A DNA stretch of 12,753 bases from Nitrosopumilaceae archaeon (GCA_035528495.1 DATKYM010000004.1:1-12753), one strand, 5' to 3'; positions 1-6,860 are shown, counted from the first letter of the stretch. The notes: a model not told the origin generated them from the letters alone. Translations and numbers: made by a program.

Positions 1-370
1 GTTTGCTTGATTCTGGAAGTATATCGACAAGTTGTGCACTAATTGTACGCATCATTGGCACCAAGGAGGGAAAAATTTTTGGAATCTCATCAATCCTTGT
101 GACGTTTCGGATTCTTTTTTGGATAAAATACAAAATCTCTAAAGAAAAAGAAATGGTACGCTCTAAATCAATTGCCTTGACACATGTTGGATCCTGATCA
201 TCATATTCAGTTACTAGGATTTTATTTGATTTTTTTAGTTTTGATTGTTCAGTGTTCAAAATATCCATAATTTTAGCGAGCAAGTCGTTTGAATAATAAA
301 GTCTAGGAACAATGGTTCGTGTTTGTGAAATATTAGCAGAGTCCATTGATAAACTGTATTGTCCCATCAT
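1..370 (-). CDS. Edge-truncated ORF (first 123 codons; the 3' end lies beyond the window start). Hypothetical protein, tentatively an ESCRT-III/CdvB (Snf7-like) paralog.
   Basis: The ORF is absent from the supplied track because it has no stop codon inside the window. My reverse-complement translation from ATG-ATG (370..365) reads MMGQYSLSMDSANISQTRTIVPRLYYSNDLLAKIMDILNTEQSKLKKSNKILVTEYDDQDPTCVKAIDLERTISFSLEILYFIQKRIRNVTRIDEIPKIFPSLVPMMRTISAQLVDILPESSK and stays open to position 2. An in-frame TGA (412..410) lies 13 codons upstream, with no alternative start between it and the ATG. The family guess rests only on a remembered archaeal CdvB helix pattern (..RLET....LVP....R......PE.S), which resembles IRNVTRIDEIPKIFPSLVPMMRTISAQLVDILPES. 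Confidence 0.5.
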   Translation of the reverse strand, partial: MMGQYSLSMDSANISQTRTIVPRLYYSNDLLAKIMDILNTEQSKLKKSNKILVTEYDDQDPTCVKAIDLERTISFSLEILYFIQKRIRNVTRIDEIPKIFPSLVPMMRTISAQLVDILPESSK

Positions 371-690
371 ACCATCTAGTCTATCAAAAAATTGTATTTG
401 AGGGACCTGTCACAGATTAAACATTAACCATAGTTACATTATGCAAAGGGTACAAGGTGTACTAGTGTTAGTCTTCAAAACCAGTAAAGGGTGATACCAT
501 ACAGATGCCAAGACATGAAGATTTAGAGAATTAAGAGAGATGTCAGGTGTTGTCAATACGATCAAAAATACGTCAACTAGAAAATACCTTCCTCGTCATA
601 CTCCTGCAAAGAGTTGTATCTAACAAAGAGTTCAACCTAATCTTTAAAAACAATTTTTATGTCTAGCTAATTTTACATTCTATGGATTAG

Positions 691-2061
691 ATGGAATACG
701 AAGATGATGATAAATCAAGATTGCATAGATCAACGAAACCATCTCTTAATCCACGTTCAATAATCTACCTTACTTTAGTCATCTTAGGAGGAATCATTGT
801 GCTTATGGTAATCTACTCCGAACTCCAACCCACCCAAACCATTGACAAGATGGAACTCTGGAATTCGTGTAACGGTACTCAACTACGCGGCGCAAATATT
901 CTTCAACGTCACACCTACTTCGAGATAGATGGTCCGTCTTCTGAACTTAGACCCATTGGACCAGGTATTATCGGTCCACCATACACTCAAAACGATATAG
1001 ACAGGCTTTCAGCACTCGGTGCCAATTATGTAGTTGTCTCACATGCAGGCCTCTTTACTGAAACTTTTCCATACACATTGGATCAAAGCATACAGGACAA
1101 TTTGGATAATACACTTGATATGATTGCTGAAGCAGACATGTTTGCAACTATTAGTCTCCGTACTGGACCCGGTCGCAGTGAATCTGCATTTATTGGAAGT
1201 GAGATTAGTAGTGGACTTAATGGCAGTCTTCAACATGATAAAGTATGGGAGGATAAAGATGCACAGGATGCTTGGGTGGAGATGTGGCGGTACACTGCAG
1301 AACGCTACCGAGATAACAACGTGGTTGTGGGCTATGAGTTAATGGTGGAACCCAACGCAAATGAATTGTTTTTTAAAATATATGATCCTCAAAAATTCTA
1401 TTCTGAATACTCTGGAACTTTATATGATTGGCACCAATTATATCCTCAAATAACTGATGCGATTCGTCAAGTCGATACCAATACACCCATCTTGATAAGC
1501 AGTATGGAGTGGGGTGCTGTGAAATGGCTACCACATCTAAAACCAACAGGGGATGAGCGTACGGTTTACACTGTTCACCAATATGAGCCGTTTCATTATA
1601 CAAATCAAAAACCTCACTCGAATTACACTTACCCCGGCATGTTAGATGTGAATTTGTCGGGCAAGGAAGATCAGTTTGATCGAGTCTGGTTGGAAGGACT
1701 TATGACAAATGTAGATGTTTTCATAGAGGATAATCATGCTCCAGTTACAGTTACTGAATTTGGCACGGTGCGTTGGGTACCTGGTGCTGCTGAATTTATG
1801 AAAGATCAAATGCATCTGTTTGAGAGTAAAGGGATGAATTATGCTGTGTGGTTGTGGGAACCCGCGTGGGAACCCTACACCGCTCAAGTAAATGAGTATA
1901 ACTTTCGTTATGGACCTGACGGCAACAAAAACCTCGATGTCCCTTCAAATGATCTTATGGAGATAATCGTTAAACACTGGAGTTACAACACCTTACGTCC
2001 ATCATCTGTTATAAACGACCCATGTCAAAAGGAAGAATATATGATTATGATTATTGGTTAA
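691..2061 (+). CDS. Membrane-anchored glycoside hydrolase, clan GH-A / family 5-like (cellulase superfamily), divergent.
   Basis: The ORF is 456 aa. An N-terminal signal-anchor helix is present (IIYLTLVILGGIIVLMVIYS, about residues 24-43). GH5-type landmarks are a beta-4 strand ending in VVVGYELMVEP (putative acid/base Glu220, nt 1348-1350), VHQYEP (His296/Tyr298), a putative nucleophile in VTVTEFG (Glu356, nt 1756-1758), and a Trp-rich AVWLWEPAW near the C-terminus. Several N-x-S/T sequons (NGT, NGS, NLS, NYT) fit an extracellular location. Confidence 0.7.
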   Translation: MEYEDDDKSRLHRSTKPSLNPRSIIYLTLVILGGIIVLMVIYSELQPTQTIDKMELWNSCNGTQLRGANILQRHTYFEIDGPSSELRPIGPGIIGPPYTQNDIDRLSALGANYVVVSHAGLFTETFPYTLDQSIQDNLDNTLDMIAEADMFATISLRTGPGRSESAFIGSEISSGLNGSLQHDKVWEDKDAQDAWVEMWRYTAERYRDNNVVVGYELMVEPNANELFFKIYDPQKFYSEYSGTLYDWHQLYPQITDAIRQVDTNTPILISSMEWGAVKWLPHLKPTGDERTVYTVHQYEPFHYTNQKPHSNYTYPGMLDVNLSGKEDQFDRVWLEGLMTNVDVFIEDNHAPVTVTEFGTVRWVPGAAEFMKDQMHLFESKGMNYAVWLWEPAWEPYTAQVNEYNFRYGPDGNKNLDVPSNDLMEIIVKHWSYNTLRPSSVINDPCQKEEYMIMIIG

Positions 2062-2082
2062 AAATAATCAAGTAATCTACTG
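2025..2082 (+). repeat. Copy A of a degenerate direct repeat. It covers the last 11 codons and stop of the GH5-like gene plus 21 nt downstream.
   Basis: An ungapped hand alignment to 3836-3893 (offset 1811) gives 47/58 identical positions. The noncoding core TAAAAATAATC[A/G]AGTAATCTACTG matches at 23/24. Weaker gapped similarity (ACGAG...GAGTTTAT[C/T]GA[C/T]T) continues to about 2113. Confidence 0.65.
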
Positions 2083-2242
2083 GCTTGGACAAGTGTTAAC
2101 GAGTTTATCGACTATCAGTAAAAAAGGGAACGCCCCCTCCCAGTCACGAAAAACGCGATATAACTAAAGTCATTATCAAGATAGGAATTGTTGGAGATTG
2201 TTTAAAGATCATTACTAACGTCAATACATTGTTAAACAAAAT

Positions 2243-2497
2243 ATGGTTAGTTTCAAGAATATCAATCCAAAGGATTATGGAAAAATAAAAAGAGGGCTGA
2301 AAAAACTAGTCAAAATTACCCCTTGCCCAAGTGATGATAAATCAATTATTGAAACCTTTGATATTGTTTCCTTAAGTTTTAAATTTCCAGTCACATATTA
2401 CAAAACAAAAACACTTCTTGTGCAAGGAGATGAATCTAACAAAGATTACAAACGAACTATTGAATTCATACAATATACTCTAAAAATTGACTCTTAG
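2243..2497 (+). CDS. Small stand-alone protein (84 aa) resembling the N-terminal substrate-binding (TBP-like, DUF3378) domain of RNase HIII.
   Basis: The ORF starts at ATG. The segment FKFPVTYYKTKTLLVQGDES resembles the ..ITAY.SGKVLFQG signature that ends the RNase HIII N-terminal domain, and size and position fit that domain alone. No catalytic RNase H domain follows. Confidence 0.45.
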   Translation: MVSFKNINPKDYGKIKRGLKKLVKITPCPSDDKSIIETFDIVSLSFKFPVTYYKTKTLLVQGDESNKDYKRTIEFIQYTLKIDS

Positions 2498-2701
2498 AGG
2501 TCACAAAAACCACTACAACATCAAATTTCTCAAAGACTACGGACACTCAATTTCTGTTAAAAATTCAAAATTTCAAAAATTAAAAACAAAAATTAATCTT
2601 TGTTTGATCTGGTTTTAATCAAGTAGATTCCAACACCGACAAGTCCTTTGAAAAATAATTTTAAAGCCGTCAAAGGTAATTGGTGTTTTAGTTGAGGACT
2701 C

Positions 2702-3082
2702 TTAATGGTTCAAATCAGATACTTTTCTTTTTTCAATGGCAATAATCGCAATAACAATTGCAACAAACGCTATCTGAAAGACTTCGACAAATATTCCATC
2801 ATCACTAATTCTTCCACCTCTTCCTGTAATGAAATTCTCCGGGATTCTAGTTATTACCCAAATCAAAATAAAGACCATAGTACCTCCAAGTCCTACTGAA
2901 TACCATACTGTTCCCCATTTTCTTATCATTGGAATTGTCCAATACACCTGAGCAGCTCCTCCAGCAACAAACAAAATCTGAGTATTTTGATTCTCTGATG
3001 GAATACCCAAAACTAGATGAATAATTCCTGCAATGGCTGTAGTTGCAGCTGCTGCATAAAATAAAATATTTCTAGAAATCAA
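2702..3082 (-). CDS. Small integral membrane protein (126 aa, about 4 TM helices), function unknown.
   Basis: Hydrophobic segments are ILFYAAAATTAIAGIIHLVLGI, ILFVAGGAAQVYWTIPMI, VWYSVGLGGTMVFILIWVI and GIFVEVFQIAFVAIVIAIIAI. The start is TTG at 3082..3080, because there is no in-frame ATG before residue 52. A TATA-like box lies about 29 nt upstream. Confidence 0.65.
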   Translation of the reverse strand: MISRNILFYAAAATTAIAGIIHLVLGIPSENQNTQILFVAGGAAQVYWTIPMIRKWGTVWYSVGLGGTMVFILIWVITRIPENFITGRGGRISDDGIFVEVFQIAFVAIVIAIIAIEKRKVSDLNH

Positions 3083-3107
3083 TTTACATCAAATAAAAAA
3101 ATTATGG

Positions 3108-3115
3108 TATATAAT
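3108..3115 (-). promoter_or_regulatory. TATA-like box (TATATAAT/ATTATATA) for the 2702..3082 membrane-protein gene.
   Basis: The box is centred about 29 nt upstream of the TTG start at 3082. That spacing is expected for an archaeal TATA box in front of a leaderless or near-leaderless mRNA. Confidence 0.35.
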
Positions 3116-3187
3116 ATTCTATACTCCAACGCATTTAAGTTCAAAATTATTGTAGAAAATTCATGAATGTTAAGACGTTATTCATAG

Positions 3188-3316
3188 ATGACTGAGAAAA
3201 AATCAAAGAAAAAAGACAGGAGAAAACAGATAGGACAGAAATATTCTGAATTAAATCAACGAGTTAAAAAATACAAAAGTGAACAACAAAGAAAAAAGAA
3301 AGGTCACACTACGTAG
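3188..3316 (+). CDS. Candidate 42-aa hyper-basic mini-ORF (MTEKKSKKKDRRKQIGQKYSELNQRVKKYKSEQQRKKKGHTT).
   Basis: The ORF runs from ATG to TAG and is below the size cut-off of the track. It lies in the 336-nt gap between two divergent membrane-protein genes. The stretch is strongly purine-rich and T-poor, so an open frame of this length can arise by chance. Confidence 0.2.
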   Translation: MTEKKSKKKDRRKQIGQKYSELNQRVKKYKSEQQRKKKGHTT

Positions 3317-3390
3317 ATTCTAAACTCTCCCCTTCCCAAAAAAATAATCTCAAATCCTTTAAGGGATCTATGTGTTTTTGTTAATAACTT

Positions 3391-3397
3391 CATATAT
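3391..3397 (+). promoter_or_regulatory. TATA-like box (CATATAT) for the 3419..3808 gene.
   Basis: The box is centred about 25 nt upstream of ATG 3419. Confidence 0.35.
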
Positions 3398-3418
3398 CGG
3401 AATTATTGAGATGGAGTA

Positions 3419-3808
3419 ATGCAAAAAGCCCCAACTGGTGTTACAATTATTGCAACGCTCCATTCATTTACTGCAATGATTCTACTCATTCACGTTATCA
3501 TTAGTATTCCATTCATCATTGTTACTTTCTTCAATGACGTTGGACTAGGTTTCTTGTCAACCTTTGAAACTATCTGGGACTGGATTTTAGTTTCGATACA
3601 TGTAAGTATTGCAGCGGCTTTGTTTGCTCGATTAAAAACAGCAAGTAGAATGGCTACAATAAGTGCAGGATTTGGATTAATCTTTGGAATAATTAGTTTG
3701 CTATCTGGAAATATGTTTGCAATATTTTCAATAATCATGGATGGTGTTGTCATATCATATATTAGAAAACCACACGTCAAAGCATGGCTCAATAAAGAAA
3801 ATATTTAG
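3419..3808 (+). CDS. Small integral membrane protein (129 aa, about 4 TM helices), function unknown.
   Basis: The ORF starts at ATG. Hydrophobic segments are VTIIATLHSFTAMILLIHVIISIPFIIV, WDWILVSIHVSIAAALFA, ATISAGFGLIFGIISLL and MFAIFSIIMDGVVISY, followed by a basic C-terminal tail. Confidence 0.65.
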   Translation: MQKAPTGVTIIATLHSFTAMILLIHVIISIPFIIVTFFNDVGLGFLSTFETIWDWILVSIHVSIAAALFARLKTASRMATISAGFGLIFGIISLLSGNMFAIFSIIMDGVVISYIRKPHVKAWLNKENI

Positions 3809-3835
3809 AATTTCTAATCTGTTCCAAAAAATAAT

Positions 3836-3893
3836 TCAAAAGGAAGAGACATGGATCGTGGTTATTTGTTAAAAATAATCGAGTAATCTACTG
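3836..3893 (+). repeat. Copy B of the degenerate direct repeat (a GH5-tail-like remnant plus the conserved downstream core).
   Basis: Read in the frame equivalent to copy A, it gives QKEETWIVVIC-stop, compared with QKEEYMIMIIG-stop in the GH5-like gene. The stop codons align (2059-2061 vs 3870-3872). Copy B begins only 28 nt after the stop of the 3419..3808 gene and has no upstream ORF in that frame. Confidence 0.65.
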
Positions 3894-4311
3894 CTCAAAT
3901 GAAATACGAGAGAAGGAGTTTATTGATTCAAAAATTTCTTTTATTGTACTAGGCACAAACAGTTACCCTAATGCCAGATTATAATTTGGATCAGATATTT
4001 GAATTATTGTCCGAAACTAAACAAACCCACTAAAAGAATGTGTTAGAATAATTCTTGAGGAAGTCAATCCTATTAAAAAAAATTATACAATATTACGCTT
4101 ATCCACATAAGCAATGCGGGAAAAAAGTATTTGTGTTTTTTTTGAATTTTTTGAAAAGTGAAAAAGAAACACTCATATGATTTTCAGTTGGACGCAAATT
4201 AATTCATAAAATCACGAAAAATAGTTGAAATTTTGATAAACAAATTAACACTGAATAATACGGTTTTTCTGACTTCGATGTTAAACTGGACTTAAGCCTA
4301 TTTTATCATAA

Positions 4312-5544
4312 TTGAGTACAGAAATACAAAGAATTTCCGCCTATGATGGAATCCTACGCATAAAAAAATTGATTCAAAACAAACAGGGAGATAAGGGGAG
4401 ATTAGAATACATAGCCGAAACACTACAAAAAGGAAAGTCCCTATTTCATTCTGACCAAATTTATCTTAGTAAAAAAATTCTTGCAGACGTTGTTCCCGCT
4501 CAAATCAAAAAACCAACTGAGACTGAAAAAAATATAAAAAATGTAAAAAGATTAATTTCATTAAAATTTGGTGAACAAGGAAGGTTACAGCACATACTTG
4601 AAAGTTTACAAAATGGGAAAAAAATCTACCATTCGGATCAAAATTATATTGAATTAAAAACTGAGGAATTTCTCCAATTCAGGGAAGGTGAAAGACTTCG
4701 AAGAAGAATAAGTAACATCAGTCCACCCAGTCAAAATCTAGAAAAAATTGAGGAGATTTTCCAAGAACCAATTTTAGAATTACCAAAAGAAAATCCAATT
4801 ACTCCACAGCCAGACATACCAAAAAGATTACAAGAAATTGAAGATGCCATACTACCTACCAAATCACAACAGCCTTCTGATTTGGTTGATCTGTTAGAAG
4901 ATAGTTCTCGTGTTAACTTAGCAATAGACATAGAACAACAAAAGATAAACAGGTTAAAATCTGACCATGAAAGGTTAAAGACTCAGCGTGACGAATTATC
5001 TCAATTAATTGCGTATCGACAAGAATATGAAATTAAAATTAATCATGAAAAAGAAATTTTAGAGAAAGAAATTCGACTAGAACAAGAAAAGGTAAATCAA
5101 AAGGACAAACTAGTTGAAGAGCTTATCAAAAATCAATCCAAGATTATTCAAACAAAAACAGAAAGAGAGGTTTTGTTAAAACAAATTGAAATAGAGAAGG
5201 TAAAATCAGATTTGGATCTAAAGGAAGAACAAAACGAACTAGAAAAGGTAAAAAAACTGTACGATGATCTCCAATATGATATTAAATTAAAAGAACAAGA
5301 TCTCGTAAAAACAATTAAAGAAAACCAGCGTATAACAGGTGATGAAGTAACCTCAGGTTATAGCTTGGAGGAATTAAAAAATAGATCCGATGAATTAAGG
5401 GAAATTGTAAAGGAAGCGGAAAAAAATAAGGATAAGATCGATGAAGTTTTAAAAGAATCAAAAAAATTGATTGAAGACCAAAACCGAATTATTGACGCAG
5501 AAGAAAAACTTAAAAAATTAAAATCAGATTTGGACGAAAGTTAA
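4312..5544 (+). CDS. Coiled-coil protein (410 aa) with two N-terminal 42-residue repeats, a Pro/Glu/Gln-rich linker and a long C-terminal coiled coil. Function unknown.
   Basis: It is the only long ORF in this stretch. Repeat 1 (residues 14-55, nt 4351-4476) is ILRIKKLIQNKQGDKGRLEYIAETLQKGKSLFHSDQIYLSKK. Repeat 2 (residues 75-116, nt 4534-4659) is IKNVKRLISLKFGEQGRLQHILESLQNGKKIYHSDQNYIELK, and 21/42 positions are identical. Residues from about 200 to 410 are heptad-like and E/K/L/I/Q-rich. The start is uncertain: the TTG at 4312 directly follows an in-frame TAA, and there is no in-frame ATG anywhere in the ORF. Confidence 0.7.
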   Translation: MSTEIQRISAYDGILRIKKLIQNKQGDKGRLEYIAETLQKGKSLFHSDQIYLSKKILADVVPAQIKKPTETEKNIKNVKRLISLKFGEQGRLQHILESLQNGKKIYHSDQNYIELKTEEFLQFREGERLRRRISNISPPSQNLEKIEEIFQEPILELPKENPITPQPDIPKRLQEIEDAILPTKSQQPSDLVDLLEDSSRVNLAIDIEQQKINRLKSDHERLKTQRDELSQLIAYRQEYEIKINHEKEILEKEIRLEQEKVNQKDKLVEELIKNQSKIIQTKTEREVLLKQIEIEKVKSDLDLKEEQNELEKVKKLYDDLQYDIKLKEQDLVKTIKENQRITGDEVTSGYSLEELKNRSDELREIVKEAEKNKDKIDEVLKESKKLIEDQNRIIDAEEKLKKLKSDLDES

Positions 5545-5927
5545 ATTTTAAATAAGATTTTCAAAAATAGGCATGAATTGTGGCGATTAATCGGAATAAA
5601 TCAAACTTTTTGATCCTAAATTTAATAGTCTTTTAATATCTAGTTATGATCACAAGAATATCAAGTATGATATGAGTGGTGCCAGTTGCAGAACTTGTCG
5701 GTGTTGGAGTTTATCTAGTAAAGTTTAGAGTAATACGAGAATAGTTATTTGGAAATATTTTTTTAGTATTTCCAAGATTTAGATACTTTTCATTCTGTTG
5801 TGAAGTTTTGGTTTATTGTTTTTCCATGATTTTATTTTTTTAAATTTTAATCCCAGGTTTTTGAATTTATGAATTTTTTACATAAAATTGCAAAATAAGC
5901 TGGTTCTTATAAGAAACAAATTAAACA

Positions 5928-6860
5928 ATGTTGATCTTATCTTTGGTTTTACAAATTATTAATGCAGATACTGTCTGTAGACGTTGTGGAAGCGGTATGG
6001 TAACAGATAATGTTACTGGAGAGAGATTTTGTGGAAAATGTGGTAATGTCCTATCTGAAACATTACTTTCTTCTGGACCTGAATGGAGGTCTTTTTCAAA
6101 AGATGGCGGTACGGATCCTACTAGAACAGGTGCACCAACATCACTTGCAATGCATGACAAAGGGCTTTCAACGGTTATTAATCCAATTAACCGTGATGCA
6201 TTTGGAAAACCCCTCACATCTACGATGAAAAGTACCATTGAAAGACTAAGAACATGGGATAGTAGAAGTAAAGTCAATGCATCTGTAGATAGAAACCTTA
6301 GACAAGCATTAAGTGAATTAACTAGACTAAAAGACAAACTATCACTTTCTGACTCAATAATTGAAAAATCAGCATACATTTACAGAAAAGCATTAGAGAA
6401 GGGCTTAGTCAAGGGGCGTTCAATTTCAGCAGTGATTGCAGCATCACTTTATGCAGCATGTAGAGAAACAGAAACGCCTAGAACGCTAAAAGATGTTTCA
6501 TATGCAGGTAATCTTAAGGTAAAAGATATTTCAAAATGCTATCGATTGCTACACCAAGAATTAAATCTGAAAATGCCAGTAGTAGACCCAATTCAATGTG
6601 TTGCAAGAATTGCAAGTAAACTTGGAATTACAGAAAAAACAAAACGTTATGCGGTCAATATACTAAAAATTGCACAAGAACATAAGGAAACATCCGGAAA
6701 GGATCCCATGAGTTTAGCCGCCGCAGCATTGTATTTGTCATCGTTAAAGAATGGTGAAAATATTACTCAGAGAGATATTGCCGAAGCTGCAAATGTTACG
6801 GAGGTAACTATCAGGAATCGATACAAGGGTCTCATATTAGATCAAAACAAGAATGTATAG
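5928..6860 (+). CDS. tfb: Transcription initiation factor IIB (TFB).
   Basis: An N-terminal zinc ribbon is present (CRRCGSGMVTDNVTGERFCGKCG, Cx2Cx15Cx2C), followed by a B-reader/linker (GPEWRSF). Two cyclin-like repeats follow (SIIEKSAYIYRKALEKGLVKGRSISAVIAASLYAACR and RYAVNILKIAQEHKETSGKDPMSLAAAALYLSS). The C-terminal HTH is ITQRDIAEAANVTEVTIRNRYKGL. The hydrophobic leader MLILSLVLQIINADTV in front of the ribbon is atypical, so the exact start is uncertain. Confidence 0.93.
   Translation: MLILSLVLQIINADTVCRRCGSGMVTDNVTGERFCGKCGNVLSETLLSSGPEWRSFSKDGGTDPTRTGAPTSLAMHDKGLSTVINPINRDAFGKPLTSTMKSTIERLRTWDSRSKVNASVDRNLRQALSELTRLKDKLSLSDSIIEKSAYIYRKALEKGLVKGRSISAVIAASLYAACRETETPRTLKDVSYAGNLKVKDISKCYRLLHQELNLKMPVVDPIQCVARIASKLGITEKTKRYAVNILKIAQEHKETSGKDPMSLAAAALYLSSLKNGENITQRDIAEAANVTEVTIRNRYKGLILDQNKNV

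Noticed and set aside
3-197. Track ORF 3..197 (+), 64 aa.
   Set aside because: It lies antisense to, and entirely inside, the longer edge-truncated minus-strand ORF (1..370). Its sequence is low-complexity and hydrophobic and has no motif.
371-690. The 320-nt divergent intergenic region with somewhat higher GC, checked for tRNA, ncRNA or a small ORF (e.g. 540..623, 27 aa, MSGVVNTIKNTSTRKYLPRHTPAKSCI).
   Set aside because: I found no cloverleaf-compatible stems and no T-loop-like GTTCRAAT motif. Only 5-bp hairpins are present, and the mini-ORF has no supporting context.
1039-1887. Track ORFs 1039..1236 (-), 1124..1342 (+), 1373..1603 (-) and 1642..1887 (-).
   Set aside because: All are nested in or antisense to the GH5-like gene, whose frame carries the recognisable hydrolase motifs. 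They are shadow ORFs.
2126-2160. A short GC-rich island (GGGAACGCCCCCTCCCAGTCACGAAAAACGCG) downstream of the GH5-like gene.
   Set aside because: Only a 4-bp GGGA/TCCC pairing is possible, with no convincing structure or repeat. It is noted as compositionally odd but not interpretable.
2645-2676. A 7-bp inverted repeat CCTTTGA...TCAAAGG between convergent genes 2243..2497 and 2702..3082.
   Set aside because: The stem is short with an 18-nt loop in A/T-rich DNA, which is too weak to call a terminator.
2705-3792. Track ORFs 2705..2899 (+) and 3490..3792 (-).
   Set aside because: They are antisense shadows of the two small membrane-protein genes. Their products are Asn/Ser-rich or irregular, whereas the sense frames give clean TM-helix patterns.
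4731-4931. Track ORF 4731..4931 (-).
   Set aside because: It is antisense to the linker region of the coiled-coil gene and has no supporting signals.
5921-6379. Track ORFs 5921..6379 (-, 152 aa) and 6010..6228 (+).
   Set aside because: They overlap the TFB gene, whose frame has an unambiguous zinc ribbon and cyclin repeats. The 152-aa antisense ORF is Ser/Leu-rich shadow sequence.
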